The translations under genes and the position numbers were made by a program. The notes under the pieces are model-generated. The model was not told the origin of the DNA. It worked only from the letters and a program-made list of their open reading frames with translations, and made no database searches. A DNA stretch of 64,000 nt from Epiperipatus broadwayi (lineage: Eukaryota > Animalia > Onychophora). Location: assembly GCA_028023455.1 (NCBI GenBank), contig JAQFVV010000004.1:5270001-5334000 (forward strand), written 5' to 3'. Positions 40,110-51,597 of this stretch are shown here, one piece after another (within the stretch, counting starts at the first letter, position 1; the number at the start of each line of letters is the position of its first letter).

Positions 40110-41730
40110 TTTTGATAATGGGTCAGACTTGAATAAATTGAAAGAGAAGATAATTGATAGTTAGTTTACTAAAACTTCTACCTAGAGAGCTGATAAAAAA
40201 AGTAACAATACATTATTAGATAAGACAATGAAAAGAAAGAATATGAAAATATTTTTAAAGGATCCATTTAGAAAATTGAATATCTGGAATTTTGTGAAAT
40301 GTTATAAAAATCTGTTAATAATGATATAAGAAAATATAATTGTGAATTGGCAATAAAAGAATTACAATATCTTGATATTGATATAAAGTTATTTTAGTAG
40401 TAAAATAAAAGATGATATTATTATGTAAAAGAAGAATAATATAATAAAGAATGCAGAAGAGTTCTACAAAGAAGTGAAGAGATAAGATGTGCAATCATTT
40501 CTAAAGAACCGAAAATTAGGAAATAATGATTTTTATTATTGATATCTAAAAAAAAGAAAATGCAGAAATAGAGAAATTATTGGCATAGCTATATATACTT
40601 AATATTTAAATAATAAAATTGTATCAAATGTTTAGAAGTTGCAAAAGTGATTTGATATTTAAGAAAGATCAAAAAGATATTAGAAATTACAAATTTATCA
40701 CTTCTATACAAGGTTTTTACTAATGATCATAACTTCTTTACATTGATCTTTGAATTCAAGCTAACCAAAATAATTATTTAAATTCAAAAGTTATTTTAAT
40801 GCAAGTGAGTAAGAGTTGCCATTATTTTTGAATTTATAAATTATGAAAAGACATTTGACTTCATAAAATTTTCCAGAGTGATTAAAGCATTAAATGAACA
40901 TCAAGGTGTAGGTCCAGGATTTTATCAAACGATTCTAAGAAGATTAACATTGATATGTATATATTGACAAGAGGGTTTCATATCTTCAAAACTTTTTGCC
41001 TTCAGTTTTGTGGAAAATATTTTGTGAATTAAAATGAATAATTAGGGGAATAAAAATTCATGAAACTTAATTTAAATCATTAAATTTTTCTGGTGATGTG
41101 ATTGTTTTTGAAAATAATGTTCCAGAGTTTTCAGGAAATGTTATAAGAGCTATAAGAATAAAGCAAGAAAGGAGAACTAAAGGTAAATTCTAAAAAAACA
41201 AAAATACTGTTCAGGGGGATTTTACAAATAGAGATTATAAATATTAATGTTAAAGAAATAGAAGTTAGTATTTGAGAGAAATAATATCCAAAGGAAATAT
41301 GCTCTATGTATTTGAAAAGAATGATTTTTGATACATTTGTTTAAGTAGTTTTTACATTTGGATCTAACACTTGGAAACTTGACAGAATAGCAATAAAAAA
41401 ACTTACAGACCACACAACAAAATATAGAGAGATTATGTATGTTGGGAATTGTAGGAGTGATTCATGGATTAGAGAACAAATGAATATTATTGATCTCATT
41501 AAAAAAAAAATTAAGGAATTAAAATAGAAATAGACTGGACATATTACTAAAAAAAAATTATTGTACATGGATAGATGAAATCTTAAACTGGATCCCAAGA
41601 GAGGCATTTGAAAAAGTGGATGAAATAAGGAAGTTTACTAGAGTGATGTGAAAAAAAGAAGCTATTTATCAGAAATTGGGTTGAATTTGGACTTTCATTC
41701 CTGTAATGAATTGAAAATGATAATGATGAT
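40110..41730 (+). mobile_element. Decayed 5'-truncated copy of the same RTE family
   Basis: Matches to 56.6-58.8 kb: gattatgaaaag-catttga-type motif near 40840, catcaaggtgtaggtccagga vs catcaaggtatagatccagga, tggatctaacacttgga (about YGSETW), aatagactggacatatt (about WAGHI), and a gataatgatgat tail near 41720. Confidence 0.85.
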
Positions 41731-42354
41731 ATAAGGAAAAAGAATATATAAAAATTTAAAAAAATAATTTAAAGTAATATATATTAAAAATCAATATTTA
41801 CATCAATTTTTTTTACTTTGTGATGTCTGGAGAATAACTTGAGTATCAAATGTTTCATCATTCTTTTTTATTATTTTTAAAATCTTTCTTCACTATTATA
41901 TTATTAATCATTTCATAATAAACAAAGGAAAAAAAATTATACAAGAAAATAAAATTTACATTAAACATGATTAATATAAGTGTAATTATTTTTAAAATTA
42001 GTTTTTAATAGAAGCTAAATCTCATATCATATGCTTATATATATACTGTATATTTTATTGATAGAAACAAGTTATTTCAAATTAGTTTTTCATCATTTAC
42101 ATTTTATTATCTATTTAAGATTCAAACACTTCATTTACTTCTGTATCACCTCCTGGAGATGAGATACTCAACAATTCTTCACTATTAAAAAGATGTTATC
42201 TTGTAGATACAGATTTATATTAACTATACACATTTAAATTGCTTTTCACTAATGTTAACTTAGTCTCTAAAGTCAAAACATATCCTAAAGCATATTTGTG
42301 AATGTAAATTTTTTAGAAAATACTTTAGATCTCTGTATATTAGTCCTTCTCCCA

Positions 42355-43080
42355 GATGGCTCAGTTAGTTATAGCGTTACCTTAAAATTCAATAATCAAG
42401 AATCTAAGGACCCAGGTACGAATTCCATGCTAGTACTGTCACTGGTCAGGCCAGCAACACCTGAAGAAGAGGTGAGGAAATACCTCTCGAAATGTTGTGC
42501 ATATACTAACCTGTTTGCTGTGATATTATTAACAGTTGATGCATATACTAACCTGTTTGCTGTGATATTACTAACAGTTGGTGCATATACTCACCTGTTT
42601 GCTGTGATATTACTAACAGTTGGTGCATATACTCACCTGTTTGCTGTGATATTACTAACAGTTGGTGTATATACTAACCTGTTTGCTGTGATATTACTAA
42701 CAGTTGGTGCATATACTCACCTGTTTGCTGTGATATTACTAACAGTTGGTGCATATACTCACCTGTTTGCTGTGATATTACTAACAGTTGGTGTATATAC
42801 TAACCTGTTTGCTGTGATATTACTAACAGTTGGTGCATATACTAACCTGTTTGCTGTGATATTACTAACAGTTTGTGCATATACTCACCTGTTTGCTGTG
42901 ATATTACTAACAGTTGGTGTATATACTAACCTGTTTGCTGTGATATTACTAACAGTTGAATGTATTTGGAATATTTAAATAAAATTAAACCTTTCTAAAG
43001 ACATTTAACACACATATTAGATGATGGAAATAGTCCAATATAAAAATACAGCTAGAACACTATCATCACAAACCTTCAGG
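42355..43080 (+). mobile_element. Family B element: tRNA-like Pol III head, hammerhead-like core and internal tandem expansion
   Basis: A-box tggctcagttag 42358-69 and B-box ggtacgaattcc 42415-26. CTGAAGA 42461-67, stem agaggt/acctct (42468-73/42482-87), C, GAAA 42489-92, tgttgtg. Homologous to 1095-1390 on both sides of the repeat array. Confidence 0.7.
42499..42960 (+). repeat. Minisatellite, 11 x 42 bp
   Basis: Unit gcatatact(a/c)acctgtttgctgtgatattactaacagttggt, which gives the 14-aa repeat AYT(N/H)LFAVILLTVG in ORF 42298-42978. Confidence 0.98.
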
Positions 43081-46000
43081 AAAACACTATAAAATGTGCT
43101 TGTTTTGAAATGTGAGTGTGCATCTTGGTAGTCATATGAATTTTAACAGCCCTCTTACTTTTTTTTTTATTTCTTATTGAAAAACTTGATGTCATAATTT
43201 TATTGATCATACATTGTTAAAGTAATTGCAGGATTTCATTAAATCTAGGAAAGTCTTTTCATCTGAATCATATAACTTATAAATTTGATCAATGAACCAC
43301 TGACAAGATTTATTTAAATACATATTGTTTGGAAAAATCTCAACAAATCCTCTTCTAGTAATATTTTCAAAAAATTTATTGTAGCATAATTGGGAATATG
43401 GTATAACAAAACATATTTAATATTTTGTATCCAAGTAGGAAATTTCTCTTTTAGCAAATAAAATTTTACTATATAAATGTTTTAAATATTTTTAAAGAGG
43501 ATAGTTTTATATTTTCTCAAAAGATTTAATATTAATCAATTGCCTGAAAACTTTAACCTCAATTCATCTATATATATTTTTTTAATTGATGTTTTTAATA
43601 TTGTATAGAAATTATTTACTGATATTTCTTCTATTGACATATTAGATATGTAGCATGAGAGCATGTAATACCATTAAATCAGAATATAGGGTTAACAATT
43701 TTTTATTTTCAAATAGAATGTAATAGAATTGAATGTTATAATTTTAGAAAGAAATTTAATGATATACATTTACTATTGCGCAGAATCTAGTTATAGAAGA
43801 ATAGTGAAAAATTATTTATTGATATTGTGAGCTCTATCTTGATCATTTTTTAAGGCACAATTTTTATGATATACATGACATCTATATTAATTCCCTAATA
43901 TCATAAAATATAAACAAATACTGATATCTCTTTTTCAGTGCTGAAACATTCATTTATGTGAATAGTTATATCTGTGATTTCTCTTGGAACTAAGTCACCA
44001 TAAATAACAAACTGGCATTGGAAAAAATCAGAAAATTTTTTTTGTAATTGATTTATTTTTAATATAATTGACTAGACTGTGTATAAAAACAAAACATTTC
44101 AAGATGAATTTGATTTGCTAATATCTGGAAATTAACATAGTCAAAAGTCTAATTATATTGCTGTAATTGATTTTTTTGTGTGCATGTGAATAGTAAATAT
44201 CTTTTTGGTAGTGCAAAGGAGATAGTAAAAATTTGTTAATAGAAAGGAGCAGAGTTTACATAATTCATGATTTAGCAAAAAGTTGTTTTATATCTTCAGT
44301 TGATATATACCTCAACTGACTGATAGGTGGACAAAATGACTTCAGGAATTGCATATTTTATGAATTTGTGTATATTTGGTATAAAATTTGAAAAGATTAG
44401 TGCTATTTTCAATTGAAAATTGACAATTAATTTGTTCTGATATATTTTTAAAAGGAAAACAACAATGGTTGGATCTTGTGGTCATTTTTAAAATACAGAC
44501 TTTTTATTTATATAGAGAGATTTAAAAGAATTCCAGATTGCATTGTTCACGTAATTGTTAGTAAGAATGTGACTTTACACTAACTGTTTAGATGGTACAC
44601 TGGTAATATATTTTTTAACAATAATGCATAATTGATCAATGCAGACTATGAAATACTGTGTATAATTTTTTCTTGGATCTTATATAATTTATATTGATTG
44701 TTAGATATTGAGTATGTCAGAGATTTACTTCATAAGATCTTTTACAAAGTGAATAGAAATATGATTTGTTATAAATAATTAGATGAATATATTGTAATAA
44801 AAATAAATCAGGAATTCTTCAAATTGATGCAAATCTTAGCATTAAATCAATAATAAGAATTCTTTAAAAATCATCAACCGTTAAATGCAGATTGTAAAGA
44901 ACCTTTCAAATACATATACAAAAGAATAACTATATATATATACACACACACACAATAGTTGAGATAACTTGAATATATTATGATCATTGAAGAAGACTGA
45001 TTTAATAGAGAACATAATTTGATATAATAGAAATGATAGAAGTGTTGACATTATGCTTATTCAGTAAATAATTTTGAGAATAATTTGTTATTAAAGAATA
45101 GATATTCGTTTAGGTGATTCAGAAGTTGAATCAAAAGGTAAAAAGAGAAATCTATTATCTGATAATGTTGTGAATGTTTTCCTTTTTTCTTTTTTTCAAA
45201 TAAATTACACATTTCTTATATATAAAATATAGAATGATGTGGTGATAGATATTTCTGATAACTCTAAAACAGTTTTCAAACCAGATTTTTATATATATAT
45301 TAATTGAAATGGAAAATTTTTTTCAAGTAGATCATAGAGGTATTTTACTGTCACTAAATTTAATTTTAATATCCGCTAACATGTCAATTATTATTTTCTA
45401 CCATTAATAAATCTGAGAACTTTGAGCGCCATGCATTAAAATGTTTGCATTGAGACCTATAAACTTCAAATGATTGTTGTCCATTATCAAATTCAAAAAT
45501 TAAAAATGTATTTAACTCAAGGAAATGATTCTTACTATGTCACTGATTGTCTTTTATGCAGAAAGGCTTGTTTTTGTTTTGTTTTTTTTCACTAAAATTA
45601 CATCTTCTTCAGTAGATTAATCCAATGATGATAAATTTATGATTTTATTGATAAGAACTGCATTAATGAAACAAAATGAATTAATAGAAAATGTAACATT
45701 CTCACCTACTTACTTCAACAAATTTTTAATTTGTTTTATGGAAATATTGTAACTTTATTTTAGTTATTATTCTGATTTTTTTTTTTTTTTCATTAAACTT
45801 AATCTTTTCTGATACATTATTATTAACAGTATTTGTGGGTATTTTAGCATCTGATTTTTCTCTTGCTTCAAAGATTGATTAACCAGAAGATTCAAGTTTA
45901 ACCTAATCTCTCAAAATGTCCATATGTGAGACATTTATTCATTGGAATTTTACAGTCATAAGGATCTAGAAGAAGAATAAGCAGAATATTTTTGATCATT

Positions 46001-47329
46001 TTTTTATGTTTAGCATTTTATTTCTTAATATTTCCAGATCAGAGCTTGTAGTTATATGATTTATTATTCTAGATATCATAATATTAGAATTCTAGTTTCC
46101 ATTATTGTATGAATTACATTTTTGACTTTCTATTCTTAATCATCAAATTTGTCACTATGAAAAAAAACCTTATATGACCAGTATTATCTGAGGTTTTTAT
46201 ATATTCAATATACAAGATCTTATAAAAAGGAATTTTTCAGATGTAGCATCAATAAATGATTTATTGAAAAGATTGATATTCTAGAGATTTTTGGAAATTA
46301 AAAGCATAACACTAACAATTATTGAGTTTAGCTTAGATATTATTTATAATTTTCTATGAGTTTTGTTCATTTATAAGTGAATAGTTTACCATATTCAACT
46401 TTTTTTTTTTTGACAGCTGCTTCTTTTCTCTGCTTTTATGAACTTGCATTTCTTCATCACATCATTCAGAAATTATAATATCTTGAAATATAATTCTTTT
46501 CTAAATTTTTTTTGTTTTTTTTTGGACTGTTTATTAGGTGAAATATTGTCACTGTCCACAACTATTTTACAATCATTATCTATAATTTTGTCTTCAACAT
46601 AATTAATTTTGGAAACCTACAAATGTTGGAGTTATCCAGCTTTATGCCAAGGAAATTTGATTTGTTTGTCAATTGAAGAATAAGAATGACTTTTATTACT
46701 ATCATAACCACTATTTTTCCCCTCAATTTTTATATCATTAAATATTTTATTTTTACTGTCAAAATTAGCAACAATGGAAGTATTTATATTCTGAAATATT
46801 TATTATCTTTGATGAATTAATTTTATTCCAACAATTTTAAATTACCAACAATCTCTATATTTATTATGTAAAGAAGTGAAGATGACTGTCTCTAGCATAC
46901 CTAATTCCCTATTAGTGCACTTTTTTTTAACCAATTTTCTCTGATCTTAAATTCAACATTGTCTGAATATTTCATAAAAAGTTTTTTTTTTGTAATGTGA
47001 AACTTTGCTTTCATGTAATGAATCTCAATTATCAAATACCACTACATTTTTTTTTTTTTACATGTTCTTTTTCTTTTATGACTTAACAGACATAAAATAA
47101 CATATAATGCAGCTATATATGCAACAGCTATCTTTAAACATCTTTTAGTTTTTTAATTTACAGTTTTAATTGTAGAGAATAACCTTTTCCAATCAGGGTT
47201 TATCTTCTTTTTTACTTTTTTTTTTTTTTAATAATGCAGAAATAAATTTGAAAAATATTTAAAAATATTTTATCAATCTCATGTGTGATGTATAATTTAT
47301 AAAATTCTTTGTAATTTAATATTAAACAT

Positions 47330-47475
47330 AGTGTATGTACATACATACAGAAAATATGTATATTAATATGTAAATATTTGAAATTCATGCATTCTTCATA
47401 TACCTGGAGTTTAATTGTAAATATAGGGATTTGAACTCAGACTTTCAAGTACCCTTCAACTATCCACACTCTCAT
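47330..47475 (-). mobile_element. tRNA-derived SINE (family D), minus-strand copy
   Basis: 47427-47463 is the reverse complement of 47960-47997 (atagttgaaggg..cttgaaagtc(t)tgagttcaaatcc, B-box GAGTTCAAATCC). The bodies share atattaatat(a/g)catatttt. Confidence 0.65.
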
Positions 47476-47753
47476 ATCACTGAAACACATGACCACACAC
47501 ATGTAGAAAAGATAATTAATTAACAATATATCTAATTTGTACTGATCCAGGACTCATCAGTTGGTCCAGATTATCATCTCCCACACACACACATATATAA
47601 TCAGTGGTCAGTTTATATTAAGATAGTAAATCTTTATATTTTAATGGACAGGCTTCAATCTACTCCAACTCTTCGGCCGTCCATACCATTGAAAATCTGA
47701 TGATGGAAAGCACAAATCCCATGCTGATGCCAATATTATTGCCATGCCCATGG

Positions 47754-47944
47754 GCACCTAGATCTAGGTGCAGTGCTCTCAAATCTAAGGCTCCTCACTG
47801 ACGAAGGCCACGAGCCAGAAACTAGTCTAGGGATATTGGATGAGTAGACACTAGGTGGGGATTTTATGCACAAGCCTTCTGGTATCCATTGATTACTCTG
47901 GCTTGCACTGAGTGGCAATACGTATAAAGAGTTTTGCCTGTTTT
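47754..47944 (+). mobile_element. Family A hammerhead-bearing element
   Basis: CTGACGA 47798-47804, aggccacgagcca, GAAA 47818-21, CTAGTC 47822-27. Collinear with 4390-4575. Confidence 0.85.
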
Positions 47945-47949
47945 AATGA

Positions 47950-48075
47950 GCTAGTATCCATAGTTGAAGGGTGCTTGAAAGTCTTGAGTTCAAATCCACC
48001 TATATATATATATTAATATGCATATTTTTTACGCACATTTTTATTTCTCCATATAAATTTACTATACATACATGA
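47950..48075 (+). mobile_element. tRNA-derived SINE (family D), plus-strand copy
   Basis: A-box-like gctagtatccatagttgaagggtgc and B-box gagttcaaatcc at 47986-97. Homologous to 47330-47475 (-) and 63930-64000 (-). Confidence 0.6.
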
Positions 48076-48970
48076 TATTTATGTATGTGGGAAAATGTTT
48101 AGTTATTTATTTAGAACTTATCTCCTATATTAAAATCCTTTTCTATTCTTATGTATTCACATATTTCATTGTTTTCACAAAGACATACATGGACAAAGAA
48201 AATGACAATAATCACTTCATTAAACTGATTAAAATCATAGCATGTATATTATATATGTAAGACTTAAAGGGTGAAAGAATTGATTAAACTAAGTAAATAT
48301 TTATTCTTATAATTCTTCAAAGTATGTAAATTATATGTTGTTTATTTTGGACTTCTCAAAATATCTTATCTAACTTTAGTCTCAGATCTTTATTTTTAAT
48401 TGACTTTTTTAAATCTAGATCTTTATTTGTTATAATGGATTATAGTTACCCTGAAATTATTCTATCTATTTCTATATGACCCTAAATTAATACATTTTAT
48501 GGGATAACATTAAATTTATAATATAAAGTTAAAATATTATATGGATTTATATGGAGTTTAATAAAGTATAGTACACTTTATGTATGCAAATATTTGATTA
48601 ATTGCTAATAAAAGAAATTATATTAGAATACAGAATTTTTTTTTTTTTATTTAAAAAAAAAGTATTTAAATAACTCTTCTGAGTGAAATAATCCTGAAAA
48701 AGAATTTATAATAATAGAATATGTGAATGAAGTTGGAGATGAAAGATATTTATAGTGATTCTGCTAATTGTGCATTAATGATATGCCTTTGAGTTGCATT
48801 GCCTTTGATAATAACAAAATTTTATGAAACTAAGGTATAATTTATTGGATATTAATAAGAAACCTTGTTCATCAACTAAATTTGTATATTTCTATGATGT
48901 TAATAGTGTGAAAAATAAAAAATTAAGAAGCTTATAGACAGACGTTCATGTATTGAATAAAAATAATACA

Positions 48971-49205
48971 CCAAAAACTTGAACTGAGTCAAGACACTAT
49001 GAAAAGATATTTTTGAATCAAATGTATATATTTTAACTTAATAGCCCTGTGTTAAGTTTCAGCAACTTCTCGCCAGAATCTTAATTTTGCACTACTATTC
49101 TGGCGAGAAGTCACCAAAAGTTAACTCAGTGCTATTAAGTTAGAATATATGTATTTGGCTTAAAAATATCTTTTCATAGTGGCTTGACTCAGCTCAAGTT
49201 TTTGG
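48971..49205. repeat. Long palindrome (about 109-bp arms, 17-nt spacer), MITE-like
   Basis: ccaaaaacttgaactgagtcaagacactatgaaaagatattttt...ttaacttaatagc...cttctcgccagaat mirrors attctggcgagaag...gctattaagtta...aaaaatatcttttcatagtggcttgactcagctcaagtttttgg. Confidence 0.95.
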
Positions 49206-50980
49206 AATATTTCATTAGGATATGAAAAGAGTATAAAGTTAAATAATAAGAATAATATTAAAAATAACTTATAGAAGATTTTCAAGGCTTTTTCTTTCAT
49301 TCATAATCTTATGGCTTGCAAAAACTGAAAGTCATACAACTCAAAAATTTTCAACAAATATTTTCTTGGTTATTTGCAAAAAAATAAATCTATGGCTAAT
49401 ATTGTTTTGTTTTGTTTTTTGTATGTAATCCAAATATTTTATTAAGTTCTTGGATAATATTAATATATATTTGCCGTCGTATGACTTGGATTTCTTGTTA
49501 CCATTTATTACTATTACTAAATAAGAGCTGGTACAATTATAATGCACAATTTCATTGTAAAGTAAATCAACCATCTGATCTGATGCATTGTATTCTATTA
49601 ATCTTTCATAATTAATTATTTTTATTTTGTACTTCTTTAGTAGGTCCAATTTTGCATCATTTATCAACATTCTATTCATTCATTAAATTGTAGAAGTCCT
49701 TAAATCAAATAGAAGCCTGAAGTTTTTTGTTTTTTTTTACTAATCATAGATAATTGACTTAAATGTGGTTCAACTTCATTATTTGGAAATCTACTTATCA
49801 GTTTAGAATTAGAAAGAAAATGATTTTTTATGTAATACTAGTGAGTAATATCTGTATTATAACGATCGAAATGAAAGTGAAGATCGAATCTAACCGCAAA
49901 CACAATATCTGCTCTACAAGGGCGCCATCTAGGCATTTGAGCCTAGAAAATTTATAGAGTAGGCAGATACGCGCTGTTAAGATTCCACTTTATTAAAATA
50001 TTCAGATCGTTAGCCCAAGTCACTAGCTCAGTGGAGTAGCAGAGATAATAAAATGTAAATTTTATATCTTAAATATAAAAGAATAAAAACCACTGCCAGA
50101 AATTAACACATAAAAATATTTATTTACGCACATATAAAATAATATTTAAATTTTGAGGAATAAATTTAACGTTTATATTTTTTATATTGATCTTTGATTC
50201 TAAATTTAAGTAGATTGCAAATAATGAGTTTAATATTTTATTTAGATGGTCAAGTATGAATAGACTACATAGATCTGCATTTGAAAAGAAAATATTCTTC
50301 CCTGATTTAACCTTAGGCAACAAATTTCGCAATCAACTGGCGCCAATCCATCTGATACATTCATGTATTCAATGTAGCATGATACGACAACACAAATATA
50401 CTATACTGTCAGGAATGGACATCTGAACAATATAGTTTGAGAAAACATTGACTCTTGTCTAATACAGGAATATGACGTCTGTATAGCAAGAAGAACAATA
50501 AACAAAAAACTCCATAGGAATGGACTGCGGTCCTTTGCCGTCTTACAAATCCATCCATAGGCAAACAGAGGGTGTGTGGCGTATATCTATAATCCTGCCC
50601 GTAGCGGACCTCATACTACATCTACAACTACACAAATATATCCAATCCATTGAACCAATTCAACTACGAAATGAATAACCTAAGATTACCCTCCCTTAAT
50701 ATAACTTTACAAATCTATATAACCATTCACGCCCGACTTAAATTTAACATTTAAATACGTTCGCACAGATTTGTTTAAAAATGTTGGGTATAGATCGATT
50801 ACATAGATTCCACGGTCAAAAACATTTCAGAGTAAACATAAACGATCAAAATACAAAATTATTGATACCGACAATCGCAGAGGGAAACTTATAAGTAACC
50901 CAATAGTATTCACCATAAGATACTTGCGTTGTCACCAATAACTTAAAAGACATCCGAATAAATACATTTTAGATACTCAC

Positions 50981-51072
50981 CGTAAGGTATCATTATTTAT
51001 CGAATGTCAATATATTTTGATCAAATATGAAAACCAAAATATAATTAACCGCAAACGAATCCATGCAAGCGC
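50981..51072 (-). other. Putative 92-nt non-coding exon
   Basis: Acceptor ttgtttatag| and strong donor acg|gtgagt. All three frames contain stops. Confidence 0.4.
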
Positions 51073-51311
51073 CTATAAACAACTTAAATTTCATACATTT
51101 AAATAATCTTTACAATAAGGAAAAAAAAATGGAAATGAAGTTTATCAATCGGGAAACATATAAAATTAAACATTATTAATTTGATTTAAAAACTTACAAA
51201 AGTCAGATAAGAGTCCATTTTAACATTTCCGTTGGCTTGTTTATCAATTTGTAAAACTTGACGAAAGTTCTTAATTGATTTTAACTTAGAGTTCATGTCA
51301 ATATAGCTTAC

Positions 51312-51483
51312 GGTAGAAGAGTCCAGGTTTTTGCTTTTAATTCCCCGACGCCTCCATTGGAAGATAATGTTTTGGAGATGGCATTAGCTGGTTCAATGTA
51401 TCACAGTCTTTTCATTTTTCCTTTTTAAATAGAGAGTGTGGTATGTGCATCCTACCACCTCTCAAACACCCAACGCTGGAATT
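51312..51483 (-). other. Putative first (non-coding) exon
   Basis: Begins about 30 nt downstream of TATAAAAAG and ends at donor acc|gtaagc. GC/CpG-richer than the surrounding DNA. No open frame running from an ATG to the donor. Confidence 0.4.
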
Positions 51484-51597
51484 GTCCGAAAAAACTGTAT
51501 TTCCCTTTTTATATTATCCACAAGGATTCAATGAATAAAACGTCACTAATCTATCACTTTCGTTAGGGTCCGAGCCAAGGCTTAGTGCTTCCATTGG
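51483..51597 (-). promoter_or_regulatory. Putative Pol II promoter (CCAAT, TGACGT, TATA)
   Basis: Minus strand: CCAAT at 51593-97, TGACGT near 51540-45 and TATAAAAAG at 51505-13, in canonical order and spacing, within the only extended non-TE CpG-retaining region of the window. Confidence 0.45.

Noticed and set aside
42499-42960. CRISPR-like appearance of the regular array
   Set aside because: The units are contiguous with no unique spacers, the context is eukaryotic, and there are no cas genes.
42298-42978. 226-aa ORF with a 14-aa hydrophobic repeat
   Set aside because: It starts at GTG, runs through a SINE head and a 42-bp minisatellite, and is open only because the unit is 3n and stop-free. 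No evidence of a protein gene.
47736-47918. 60-aa minus-strand ORF
   Set aside because: Antisense reading of the non-coding family A element.
50015-50045. tagctcagtggagtagc A-box-like motif
   Set aside because: No B-box or cloverleaf downstream.
50650-51311. C/D snoRNAs in the putative minus-strand introns
   Set aside because: No good RTGATGA box paired with CTGA and a terminal stem.
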